From IMG/VR virus record IMGVR_UViG_3300016667_000367, positions 1-64,000 of that record: a stretch of DNA of 64,000 nucleotides, one strand, 5' to 3'. Source of the stretch: a virus. The notes beneath the pieces are model-generated. The model searched no databases, was not told the DNA's origin, and saw only the letters and a list, made by a program, of their open reading frames with translations. Made by a program: the position numbers and the translations under genes. Of this stretch, positions 42,046 through 52,300 are shown in pieces. Position 1 is the stretch's first letter. Each line of letters starts with the position of its first letter.

Positions 42046-44738
42046 TGTCTGAAAATCTGTACGAAAAACTTAGTAACGAGCGCAAAAAACTTCAAGAAGA
42101 AGGTCTTGTACCGGACTGGTATACAACAGCAGGCTGGCAAATGTTTAAACAAAAGTACCTATACGAAACTGATCGAGCAGTTAAAGGGCAGTTTGAGCGA
42201 ATTGCAAGCACAGCAGCAAAGCATGTAAAAGATCAGTATCCTGAAGCAGAGAATAAGTTCTTCGATCTTCTGTGGAATGGTTGGCTATCTCCCTCAACAC
42301 CTGTTCTTGCAAATATGGGCACTAATCGGGGTATGCCTGTTAGTTGTTCAGGGACTGTAGTAACTGACTCTGTTGATGGTTTCTATAGCAATCTACATGA
42401 AGTTGCAATGCTAACTAAATACGGATTTGGCACTGCTTCTGACCTTTCATATATTCGTCCTCGTGGGTCTAAAATCTCTGTAGGTGGGAAGGCATCTGGT
42501 GTACTTCCAATCATCAAGGAGCATGTAAGTGCAATGCGAAATATTGCTCAAGGTACAGCTCGACGAGGTGCATGGGCAGCTTATCTTGATATCGAACATG
42601 GTGACTTCTATGAAGTAGTCAACTATATGTCTTCTGAACCTGATGATTTAAATATTGGTTGGACAATTAAACAATCATTTATTGATCGACTTAACTCAGG
42701 TGATAGTGATGCTGTTGCTAGGTTTCAGAAAGCAATGAAAACAAAAATGATTCTTGGTAAAGGATACTTTTTCTTTATTGATAAGGCAAATGCAAAGCGT
42801 CCTGTTATGTATAAGGATAAAGGTTTACAGATTAATAATAGTCAATTGTGTGTTGCACCTGAGACTTTAATCCTAACGGATGAAGGTTATCAACAAATCT
42901 CTGATCTAGAAAACGAAACTGTTAATGTATGGAATGGTAAGAAGTTTTCAAAGGTAATTGTTAAGAAAACTGGAGAAAATCAAAATCTTCTAAAGGTAAT
43001 AACAAATAGTGGTTTTGAACTGGAATGTACACCTTATCACAAATTTTATGTTGCAATCAGGAACGAAATTTCTGGAAATACTAAAATTGTAGAAAAGCGA
43101 GCACATGAACTTAAAGCAGGCGATAAGCTAATAAAATGCGATTTCCCTATTATCCAAGGCAATCAACAGCTAGACTATGCATATGAAAATGGATTTTTTA
43201 GTGCAGACGGTTGCCTAGATAGAAATGGTCAAAGACTTTATTTTTACCATGAAAAACGAAACCTTAAAAATTTCGTTGACATGAGTATTTTCAAGAATTG
43301 GATTGTTGATGAAAAGCAAAACAGGGAATACGGAACTACTTTTGTATTAAAAGACAAGTTCTTTGTTCCAAGCGGTGACTACACTATTGAATCTAAAGTT
43401 AAATGGCTAGAAGGTTTCCTCGATGGTGATGGTGTCGTATGCCGTAATGGTAAAACACAGAGTATTCAAGCAAGCAGTGTCAATAAAGATTTTCTCCTAG
43501 AAATTCAAATGATGCTGCAAACTATGGGAGTTTCATCTAAGGTTACGAAATGTTCAGACGCCAGTTATAGAGATATGCCTGCAAATGATGGCACTGGTGG
43601 AACTAAAGAGTATTTTTGTCAAACTTCTTGGCGAATCATGTTTGGTCAAACTGGAATCGTAACACTTCAGGGTATGGGATTCAATCCAAAGCGACTTGTG
43701 ATTACAGATCACAAACCAAACCGAGAATGCTCTCAGTTTGTAAAGATCTCAGAAGTTATTGATGAAGGTCGTGTTGATGATACTTACTGCTTTACTGAGC
43801 AAGAAAGAGGGATGGGAGTATTTAACGGTATCCTAACAGGTCAATGTTCTGAAATCATGCTGTTCAACGATGAAGACCATACGTACACTTGTGTTTTATC
43901 GTCAATGAATGCAAGTAAGTATGATGAATGGAAAAAGACAGATGCCGTATTCTGGGCTACAGTATTTCTTGACTGCGTAGCTAGTGAGTTTGTAGAAAAA
44001 GCAACAGGTATTAAAGGACTTGAGAAAGCTGTTCGATTTACAGAAAAGAGTCGTGCTTTGGGTCTTGGTCTTTGTGGTCTCCATACAGCTATGATGCAAA
44101 AGATGATGCCTGTTGAATCCTATGATGCTTACGAACTAAGTCAGGAAATTCAAGAATTTATTTGGAATGAAGCAACAAAAGCAACTAAGGATATGGCAGC
44201 TAAACTAGGTGAACCTGATTGGTGCAAAGGTTATGGTGTACGTAATACTCACTTGATTGCAATTGCACCAACTAAATCAACTGCTTTGCTAATGGGTGGT
44301 ATCTCTGAAGGTATCAATCCAGATCCAGCAATGACGTTTGTACAGGCTACATCTGCTGGTGAAGTAGATCGAGTAAATCCAGTATTGCTTGAGCTTATGA
44401 AAAAGAAAGGTGTGTATACAAGAAAAAATATCCAGCAAATCACAGACGAACAAGGATCTGTTCAGCATGTAGATTGGTTGACTGCAGAAGAAAAGGAAGT
44501 TTTCAAGACTGCTTTTGAAATTAATCAGAAATCAATTCTACAGCTTGCATCTGCTCGTAGTAGGTTCATTGATCAATGGCAGAGTCTAAATCTATTCTTC
44601 GCTGCAGATGAAGACCCTGCGTGGATTGCTGAAGTACATAAGCAAGCGTTTGAAGATCCTAATATTCTTGCGCTATACTATATCTACACTCAAGCTGGAG
44701 TTCAGGCAGCGAAGGGTGAATGCGAATCTTGTCAATAA
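42033..44738 (+). CDS. nrdA: ribonucleotide reductase large subunit (class I, no ATP cone), interrupted by an intein
   Basis: SPSTPVLANMGT; active-site NSQL-[intein]-CSEI reconstitutes the NxCxE motif. Confidence 0.85.
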   Translation: MEQLMSENLYEKLSNERKKLQEEGLVPDWYTTAGWQMFKQKYLYETDRAVKGQFERIASTAAKHVKDQYPEAENKFFDLLWNGWLSPSTPVLANMGTNRGMPVSCSGTVVTDSVDGFYSNLHEVAMLTKYGFGTASDLSYIRPRGSKISVGGKASGVLPIIKEHVSAMRNIAQGTARRGAWAAYLDIEHGDFYEVVNYMSSEPDDLNIGWTIKQSFIDRLNSGDSDAVARFQKAMKTKMILGKGYFFFIDKANAKRPVMYKDKGLQINNSQLCVAPETLILTDEGYQQISDLENETVNVWNGKKFSKVIVKKTGENQNLLKVITNSGFELECTPYHKFYVAIRNEISGNTKIVEKRAHELKAGDKLIKCDFPIIQGNQQLDYAYENGFFSADGCLDRNGQRLYFYHEKRNLKNFVDMSIFKNWIVDEKQNREYGTTFVLKDKFFVPSGDYTIESKVKWLEGFLDGDGVVCRNGKTQSIQASSVNKDFLLEIQMMLQTMGVSSKVTKCSDASYRDMPANDGTGGTKEYFCQTSWRIMFGQTGIVTLQGMGFNPKRLVITDHKPNRECSQFVKISEVIDEGRVDDTYCFTEQERGMGVFNGILTGQCSEIMLFNDEDHTYTCVLSSMNASKYDEWKKTDAVFWATVFLDCVASEFVEKATGIKGLEKAVRFTEKSRALGLGLCGLHTAMMQKMMPVESYDAYELSQEIQEFIWNEATKATKDMAAKLGEPDWCKGYGVRNTHLIAIAPTKSTALLMGGISEGINPDPAMTFVQATSAGEVDRVNPVLLELMKKKGVYTRKNIQQITDEQGSVQHVDWLTAEEKEVFKTAFEINQKSILQLASARSRFIDQWQSLNLFFAADEDPAWIAEVHKQAFEDPNILALYYIYTQAGVQAAKGECESCQ
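42849..43844 (+). mobile_element. 332-aa intein with LAGLIDADG homing-endonuclease domain at the catalytic Cys of NrdA; ends in Gly-Gln with Cys at +1
   Basis: block A CVAPETLILTDEGY; LAGLIDADG motifs GFFSADGC and GFLDGDG; C-terminal ...ILTGQ|CSEI. Confidence 0.7.
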
Positions 44739-44751
44739 ACGAAAGGAGTCT

Positions 44752-44979
44752 ATGAAAGTAGTTGTATGGAGTAAAAATCGTTGCATGTATTGCAATGAAG
44801 CTAAATCTCTTCTAAAGCTAAAGCAAATTGACTTTGAAGAACGCAATGTTGAATCAGGTAACTGGACACGAGAGCAGTTCTTTGAATCAAATCCAACTGC
44901 TAGAACTTTTCCTCAAATTTGGTTTGGTGACAATCTAATTGGTGGATTCACTGAACTGCAAAAGTATCTAAGTAAATAA
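44752..44979 (+). CDS. glutaredoxin (NrdH-like; CxxC redoxin)
   Basis: MKVVVWSKNRCMYCNEAK; RBS aaaggagtc; track's longer ORF from 44608 overlaps the nrdA end and is rejected. Confidence 0.65.
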   Translation: MKVVVWSKNRCMYCNEAKSLLKLKQIDFEERNVESGNWTREQFFESNPTARTFPQIWFGDNLIGGFTELQKYLSK

Positions 44980-44983
44980 AACA

Positions 44984-45020
44984 AAAACCCCGAAGTAGAA
45001 ATACCTCGGGGTTTCTTTTT
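44984..45020. terminator. bidirectional terminator at the convergence of the replication (plus) and structural/lysis (minus) blocks
   Basis: aaaaaccccgaag...cctcggggtttcttttt. Confidence 0.5.
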
Positions 45021-45540
45021 ATGGTTTTTTAATAGCACTAGCTTCAGCAGCCCTTCTCCTGACAAGACCAGCAAGTACCTTGCCATTAGCCTTATCCCAG
45101 CGTTTGCACTGCTCTGCAGCTTCATCCCAATCTCTAGCATCAATCTTAACCTTAAACGTACTAGCTCTGTAGTTGCCCATGCCTACGTTGTAGCACCAAG
45201 AGAGTACAGCAGCTATCCGTCTAGAATCTTCTTTGATTAGCTTAGGGCTTAGACTGAGTAAAGCCTTGAGAAAGTAGTTCAGTGCAGCATCCTTAGCTCT
45301 TAAGGCTTTCTCGTGAGTCCAGATGTCACTTTGCTTTACCTTGACTCCATTCTCATCGAAAGTACTGCCATAACCTATAGTCCAAGGCTCACCTTTCTTC
45401 TCAGGGTCTTTAGCTGTAGCAGGGTCTGGATAAGCTATGCAATCACCATTAGCTAATTTCTTATGATAGGATTCAAAAGGAATTAGAAACTCACTGATGC
45501 ATATCTGCTTTACTTCATTGAGTTTTAGTTGGATGTTCAT
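45019..45540 (-). CDS. endolysin, GH24 lysozyme-like
   Basis: FESY..AYPDPATAKDPEKKGEPWTIGYGST...VLAGLVRRRAAE resembles P22-gp19-type lysozymes. Confidence 0.65.
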   Translation of the reverse strand: MNIQLKLNEVKQICISEFLIPFESYHKKLANGDCIAYPDPATAKDPEKKGEPWTIGYGSTFDENGVKVKQSDIWTHEKALRAKDAALNYFLKALLSLSPKLIKEDSRRIAAVLSWCYNVGMGNYRASTFKVKIDARDWDEAAEQCKRWDKANGKVLAGLVRRRAAEASAIKKP

Positions 45541-46022
45541 TACTTGCTATACCGTTCAATACTTCTAGAAATGAACCAGAATGTCAGGGTTGCATTAAGC
45601 ATTGCAAAGTCATCAGGACTCCATGCTTGCTGCATTACAGTAACCCAAGGAACTCCTGAGCTAAAAGCATATGACATCATTGCAGCTTTAAAGGCTACGT
45701 ACATACCGAAAAGAACATAAGTAACCATAGGGCGTACTAAAGCACTTAGAGCAGCTACCCACTTGTATGAGTTACTAGCAGTACTTGATTGCTCCTCAAA
45801 AGCCTTCTGGATAACCTGAAGTTCTTGAGTGCTGAAGTCAGCGTATTTTTCCTCCAGTTTAATAGAACCTTTCAGCTTCTCAAATTCAAGCTGCTTGTCC
45901 ATCATACTAAGTTCATGCTTGCGTTCATCCTTCTTGTCCATTAGTTTAAGTAATTCAGGAGCAAGCCTAAATAAGCCACCGAAGAGGCTACCTAAGATAC
46001 CACTACCAATAAATTCTAGCAT
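45540..46022 (-). CDS. membrane protein of the lysis cassette (holin-like, 160 aa)
   Basis: hydrophobic N- and C-terminal segments; ATG overlaps upstream stop. Confidence 0.4.
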   Translation of the reverse strand: MLEFIGSGILGSLFGGLFRLAPELLKLMDKKDERKHELSMMDKQLEFEKLKGSIKLEEKYADFSTQELQVIQKAFEEQSSTASNSYKWVAALSALVRPMVTYVLFGMYVAFKAAMMSYAFSSGVPWVTVMQQAWSPDDFAMLNATLTFWFISRSIERYSK

Positions 46023-46102
46023 TTCTTATTACCTCCGAAAGCCTCTTGAATAATCCTATAGAGGACTCCGTAGTAAATCACTAAAAAAGTTACTGACCAC
46101 AT
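46016..46102 (-). CDS. 28-aa TM peptide MWSVTFLVIYYGVLYRIIQEAFGGNKKC with AAGGAGG RBS
   Basis: hand-translated; ATGCTAG overlap with next gene. Confidence 0.35.
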   Translation of the reverse strand: MWSVTFLVIYYGVLYRIIQEAFGGNKKC

Positions 46103-46117
46103 GGAGTCCTCCTTTGG

Positions 46118-46468
46118 TTATTCATTTAATTTTAAGCATATATTGTTTTGATGATCGCAGTCCTTGTGGTCATCGCATCTAACCTTCATACTTCTCATCT
46201 TGAAGTTATGCTCTACTTTTTCTCTTTCAGCTTGCTCATGCTTAAGATGAAGTTCATCAAGTCTGAACTTAATCTCAGCACTTGCAATCTTGTGCTTGTA
46301 GTACCAGTTTACTAAGAAACCAGCAATACCAATTACGATACCAACTAGAACTGCAAATTCAGAGCTGAATATCCAACCACTTAGTATCATTCCAGAACCA
46401 GTGTATGTAGCTTTACTACCTGTTGCTGCTAATGCAACATCTAATGTACTTGATGCTTGAGTTTCCAT
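46118..46468 (-). CDS. membrane/coiled-coil protein (116 aa), holin- or spanin-like
   Basis: TM helix VLVGIVIGIAGFLVNWYY followed by charged coiled coil. Confidence 0.4.
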   Translation of the reverse strand: METQASSTLDVALAATGSKATYTGSGMILSGWIFSSEFAVLVGIVIGIAGFLVNWYYKHKIASAEIKFRLDELHLKHEQAEREKVEHNFKMRSMKVRCDDHKDCDHQNNICLKLNE

Positions 46469-46474
46469 TTTTGT

Positions 46475-47575
46475 TTATTCGTATAAAACATTTATAGATC
46501 CTGCGTCAAATAAATCAGTTGTACTACCTGTAGTTACATTAACTGTAGTTAATCTGATTAAGTTTAATGCACCTGATAGTTGCTTGCTTCCTGACATAGT
46601 TCCAACAAGTGAATATGTACTTGAGATTGCAGTCCCTGTCACAACCCAAAAGTTTGAATCAAAAAGTGTAAGTATCATTACACCATTAATTATATTAGAT
46701 GCTGAAGCTGGTCCTGTTGCACAAAGTGGAAATCCAGTTGTAATATTTGCGAAGTAACCTGAATTTGGACCATGTGTTACATTTCCATTATACCCTGTAG
46801 TTTCATAGACTGAAGAACCAAGCTGTACTTGCGGTAAACTGTCACCATTTGTACTTACTCCTTTGAACATAATAGTAACTCTTTTTACCCATGAAGGAAT
46901 TCCATTAATCGCTACAACACTAGTTCCACTTGTCGTTACTACTGGGGTACTTGATACAATCTTTGCTGCAACCATAGATGATGGTGTCAGAACTCTATCC
47001 GTGTCAGTACCTGCCTGAGCTTCTGCGTTTGTAGCAAGTTCAACAACACCCTGATAGCTATCCGTTGCTACTTGCTTTAGGTTATCAAAAGCAGTAGCTG
47101 CAGTACTAGCACCAGTTCCACCTTCAGTTATCTGAAGATCACCAGAAATTGAAACAGTACTTGTAAATGAAGCAGGAGAAGTGAATGTCTTGTTACCAGC
47201 AATACTTTGATTACCAGAAGTACTTACATCACCAGTACCATTTACTTGCTTGTAGTTTGTAGTATCAAGGCTAGGATCAGTAGTTCCAGCACCGGCTATC
47301 ATTCTACGATAACCTAAACCATTGATAGGACTCCATACTACTGCACCTTCTGCATATGTAGTACCAGATACCCACTTAGTAATATTAGTCGCTGCGAGAA
47401 CAGCAGTATGACTAGCCTGAACATTATCCGCTCTTGTATTAACTTCAGTACTTAGAGCATTTGCTTGGCTTTGAAAAGCTGGTAGAGCACCCAGAAAAGC
47501 ATCTGCTCTATCATTAAAGTTTGCTGGATCTTGTCTACTCGGTGGAGTAGGTAAAGTTGAAATTTGTGCTGCCAT
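46475..47575 (-). CDS. tail fibre / receptor-binding protein (366 aa, Ser/Thr/Gly-rich)
   Basis: composition and position downstream of tape measure. Confidence 0.45.
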   Translation of the reverse strand: MAAQISTLPTPPSRQDPANFNDRADAFLGALPAFQSQANALSTEVNTRADNVQASHTAVLAATNITKWVSGTTYAEGAVVWSPINGLGYRRMIAGAGTTDPSLDTTNYKQVNGTGDVSTSGNQSIAGNKTFTSPASFTSTVSISGDLQITEGGTGASTAATAFDNLKQVATDSYQGVVELATNAEAQAGTDTDRVLTPSSMVAAKIVSSTPVVTTSGTSVVAINGIPSWVKRVTIMFKGVSTNGDSLPQVQLGSSVYETTGYNGNVTHGPNSGYFANITTGFPLCATGPASASNIINGVMILTLFDSNFWVVTGTAISSTYSLVGTMSGSKQLSGALNLIRLTTVNVTTGSTTDLFDAGSINVLYE

Positions 47576-47587
47576 ATTATTTCCTTA

Positions 47588-49249
47588 TTAAATCAGACCT
47601 TCAATTTCTAGGTTGCATAGTGAATGAGTTGGGTATGCAATTTCAGTATCAAAATCCTTGTAGAATCCCATTACTACTAATGGCTCCTCAAATAAAGGAT
47701 CTTCGGTTGCAATCCATAGTACAGGTGTAGCTCTAATGCTATAAAGAAGTCTCTGAACTCTATTTAGGTTTGAGTTAGTCAAGAAGACTTTTGCATTCAT
47801 TCTCTTGCTGTAATTTCTTACAACAAGTGAAGTGTTACCAAATTGATCAGTCTCTTTTCTTGAGTAATCAATTATACCTGCGTTTACACCGTACTGAGTC
47901 CCACCAAGCTCCTTAAGCTGACCTTCAATAAAAGAACCTGCAGATACAGTTCCAACTCCTGAAACCCTGATAGTTACAAGACCATTAGCTACCTGAGCTA
48001 TATTCAAGTTAATTGATTGAGTTTTCTGAGTTGCTTCATCAAAGAAGAAATAGCTGTACCAGTCAATTGATTCAGTACCTGATAGCTGGGTTGTTCTGCA
48101 ATAAGCTACGTTACCAAGATATGCACTTGAATAACTTGCATCTGATACAGCAACTGCAACTTTTGATGCAACAGTATTAAGTACAGCAACTGAGTCAATA
48201 GATGAACTTGTTACAACGAATGTAAATTCAGTTGTAGCTGATGTGACAGAGCTAATTACATTGTCAAACACAGCAAATTGATTTGTTGGGCCAGTTCTAA
48301 CCCAATTTGCAGGTGAACTTAAAGGGTTATTGTCTAGGTTACTATCTGTCAGGCTTTTATATGTTCCTGAGTTAGCTATCGTCACTGTATTGCTGCCTGT
48401 GTAGTTTCCAACTGTAACAATTTGACCTGAACTGTAGGTTGTTGCTGAACTCCACTCAGCGTAAGCATTAGTTACTGAAGTATATACAAGTCCAGAGCCT
48501 GTAATTACTTCCGCTGCTCTAGGAGCAGTTGTTGTAGTCGTTGGGATATAACTTGTCATCTTAGGCTTTAGTTCAGCTTGAGAACCATATAGGATAATTC
48601 CGGATGTTCCATTTCCAGCCCAACTACCTGTTTGATTGTCAGTAGATTGAACATAAATGCCAGCACTTAGTGTTCCACTGGCTACTAACTGTCTAGTTAT
48701 TGAAACTCTATACCAACCATTCTTAAGTTTTTCAACATCTGGGGTAGCGTAAAGGCCAGAGCTACTTGCAACTAAGCCAGTACTTAAATCAAAGAATGCA
48801 TACCCTGTACCAGCAGCAGTACCTTCAAACTGAAGTCTTACGAAGTTATACCCATTAGCCTTAACAAATGTTGAAATAGTATAGATCTCTCCTGACAATG
48901 CTGATGCATTAAATTGCTGAACAAGAGAATGCTGACCTGATGTTGTTGTAGGAACAATTGATTCAGCAGCTAATGTATTAGTAGGAGCAGTCTGCGTATT
49001 AGCTGTAATAGTAGCAATGTTAGTCTTAGTCCAAGAAGCATTCTCAAATGAATTACTCTGGAGTAAAAGATTAGTACTTGCTGCCTCTACAATAATACCT
49101 ACAAACTCAAGAGTGAATGGATGATATCCAAATCTTAATGCGCCTGATGAACTAGTCTGAAGATATCCATTTGAGTCATAGTAAGTTGCTGTTCCAGTTC
49201 TTGTTACGCTACCTGTAGTTGTTACTAGATCAGGGTTTACTACATGCAT
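47588..49249 (-). CDS. tail fibre / distal tail protein (553 aa)
   Basis: composition and position. Confidence 0.45.
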   Translation of the reverse strand: MHVVNPDLVTTTGSVTRTGTATYYDSNGYLQTSSSGALRFGYHPFTLEFVGIIVEAASTNLLLQSNSFENASWTKTNIATITANTQTAPTNTLAAESIVPTTTSGQHSLVQQFNASALSGEIYTISTFVKANGYNFVRLQFEGTAAGTGYAFFDLSTGLVASSSGLYATPDVEKLKNGWYRVSITRQLVASGTLSAGIYVQSTDNQTGSWAGNGTSGIILYGSQAELKPKMTSYIPTTTTTAPRAAEVITGSGLVYTSVTNAYAEWSSATTYSSGQIVTVGNYTGSNTVTIANSGTYKSLTDSNLDNNPLSSPANWVRTGPTNQFAVFDNVISSVTSATTEFTFVVTSSSIDSVAVLNTVASKVAVAVSDASYSSAYLGNVAYCRTTQLSGTESIDWYSYFFFDEATQKTQSINLNIAQVANGLVTIRVSGVGTVSAGSFIEGQLKELGGTQYGVNAGIIDYSRKETDQFGNTSLVVRNYSKRMNAKVFLTNSNLNRVQRLLYSIRATPVLWIATEDPLFEEPLVVMGFYKDFDTEIAYPTHSLCNLEIEGLI

Positions 49250-49346
49250 AAGAACCTCCTGATAAATTTTCTAATTTAATAATTTTAATTTGCATAGAAA
49301 TCCTTTAAAAAGAAGGTGGATATTTCACCACCTTCCTGCATTAGTA

Positions 49347-52300
49347 TTAAGCGACTGTAGTTACACTGAGTCTATCGCCATTCTGATTTACTCTTTCTAG
49401 GATCTTACTTGTCTTGGTATTAGCTGAAACATCAGCTCTTACTTCAGCACGAAGACCTTGAATCTCTGAAATCAAAGCAGCAATCAGATCAGTCTGAGAT
49501 GATGTAGCGGAGCTAATTGTAGTACCAGCAGAACCCTCCGTCATCGTTGGGGTAACGACATCAGGTGTTGTTACAACAGGTGTACCTTGAATTACCCCAG
49601 AGGTATCCTGCAGGCTTTGAGCTAGCCAAGCACGAGCAAATACAACGTCGGATGCTGATGTAGCGCCTGCAATAGTAGCTTCTTCAACTAGTTTACTTAG
49701 TTCTGGAAGTCTCTCAAGTGCAGTAGTATCGCCAGCACGAGCCTGAGCAGTTGCAGTAGCAAACTCAGCCATTAGACCTTGTAGACCACCTGAAGTTGCT
49801 GCATCACCTAGTATTTCACCACGGAGTCTATTTACTTCATCTACGATTGAACTTACTAACTCCTTCATCTTTTCAGCAGCTTTATCCGCTGAATCATTTA
49901 GAAGTAGGAATGAATCCTGAAGATCAAGTAGGTTATTTGTCAGAGCAGGATCTCCAGCCTTTATGGCAGTAAGTACCATTTCTCTGAAAGCAGCCTTTGT
50001 CTTAGGCATTTCAAGACCAAGAGCAGTAAATGCATCACCTAGGTTTCTAGTCAGGTTGTCAGTCTTTTCTGTTTCAGTAAAGAACTTGTCATAGAAGCTA
50101 GCCATCCTAGAGCCAAACTTATCAACTCCCCCGAAGTACTCAGTGAAGTTTAAAGCTGCATCTACAGCGTCATAACCTGTTCCCAGGATTGCAACACCAA
50201 GATCCTTGAAGTATCCATTAACTGTCTGCAAGGTAGTAGCTAGGCGCTTTAGCGTATCGAATGAAGTTTCATTCTCCTTGCTGTAGTCCTTGCCTTGAAG
50301 AACAGCAGCAGCCATTGCTTCTTTTACCTTATCGAATTCCTTCTGCAGTTTTTCAGTAATTTGCTTATCACTTAGTCCTTTGAGATTAATTCTCATTTTA
50401 TAAGTGAAATTCTCAAGCTCCTTAGCACCAACACCTAGGTAGTCAGTAAACTTCTGGACTTCGTATTTAGTAACAGCGAATGCAGTACTGAAGAAGTTCT
50501 TTGTTTGAGTATCAAGTGCTGACTTAGTAGTCTTATCGCTTCTAAGTATTCCACCTTTCTCAAACTTGTATCTTGATCCTTCAAATCCTTCAGGACCAAA
50601 AGTGCCCATGACACCAACTTCTTTTAGTTTTCTACCATACAGTCTATTCTGTATACCCTGAGTTATACCAACCGCAAGAGATGCGATAGGACCGATGCCA
50701 GGAATTAGGTTGGCAGCAGCAATTGCCATTTTATTGATGCTCTCCATACCCTTGTTTATTGAGTAACCTCCACTTATTTTTTTGTATAAGAAATTACCAA
50801 CAACTGTTGCTGCTACAGCAATTGCTGCTTTTGAAGCTGCTGAGGATATTGACTGCCCAATATCTGTTAAAGAAGTTTGCTGCGATGCTATATTTGTAGT
50901 AGAAGATGTTGTTGCACCACTTGCTGAAGTACTTATTTCTGTAACAGGAACACTAACAGTACTTGTTGAAGATAGTCCAAGTTGCTGACCGTATTTTGAC
51001 ATTGCAAATTTATCAAAGTAACTACTTGCTGTTGAACCAATTGATCCAAAACCAGTTGTCACAGCAGAATATGCAGTCTTTGCTGTACTTGCTGCATTGA
51101 CTAAATTTCCTACATTTACTGAGCCTGATTTAGAACCAGCTGGTAAATTAATTCCAGCAGCAGACAGGAGCGACTCAATTGCACCACCGAATACTTGATT
51201 AACAACTGCGTTAATCATTATAGTGATTGGCTCCATGAGTTTAGCCTTAATCATATCTCTTAGCTTCTTACCAGCATCAGCACCTCTTCCTGTCAGTGCC
51301 ATGAACATTACATCAGATATCTCTGAGGCAACCTTCTTGTACTCACTTAGGTAGTAAGAGGTTTCAGCATCAATCCTAGCCTTGTCAGCATATTCCTCTG
51401 ATTTAGCTCTTGCGTCTTTGAGATTTTTTCTAGCATTAGCCCTTGCTTCAGATAAAGCTATCAGCTGCTCCATGTCAGCGAAGGATTTGCTTGACTCCAT
51501 GACTCTGAATTCAATATCTAGATCAGATAAAGCCTTCTCAAGTTTACTAATAATAGGAATCATCTGATTCATAGCTTCAGTCTTAGCTCTCAGTCCAGCT
51601 GCATCTTGTGGATGCATTGCAATAACCTGCTGCTCAAGAGCTAATTGCTCTCTTCTCTTAGCTATTGAATCTTCTTGAGACTTAGTGAATTCATCATAAG
51701 CATTCTTTGAATCATTAACAATCTTCACAAGAACTTTATATGACTCAGTAACTCTCTGATTTGCCTCAGCTTCAATCTTAGCAAGAGACTCAGTAGCCAC
51801 TGCTCTCTTACCTTCGTACTCAGCTTTTGCCTTATCAACTTCCTTCTGATAAGTATCTCTCAGGGCACCAGCATCAGAGGGTGATCTAGCTATTTGCTTA
51901 TCTCTTTCAGCAGTAATCCTAGCGATCTTGTCTTGCTCAAGTTTTACTAAGTCATCAATATACTGCTTTGTTCTATCAATTTGATTTTTCTCAAACTGAT
52001 TGCTAATTGAAGTACTATCTTGAATGTACTCAGCTCTGGTCTTAAGTCCTAGATCATAGTACAGTTGATTTAGAGATAAAGTGGCTTTGTTATTAGCTTC
52101 AATGGTTTTCATCTCAGCGGAATACAAAGAATTCAGATTAGCAAGTGCTGTATTATCTATAGACACTACTCTTTGAATTTTTGTTTTCTTATTCTGGATA
52201 TCAAGAATATCTTTCTCTATCTTCAGGATTGCATCTCTTCTTACTTTTGCGTACTCTGAATTTTTACCGTACTGAATTTCTATATCAGATAACTCGTTTC

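Noticed and set aside
44608-44751. Longer start for the glutaredoxin gene at 44608
   Set aside because: Would overlap the last 130 nt of nrdA in another frame; the ATG at 44752 has a proper RBS, and the redoxin fold begins there.
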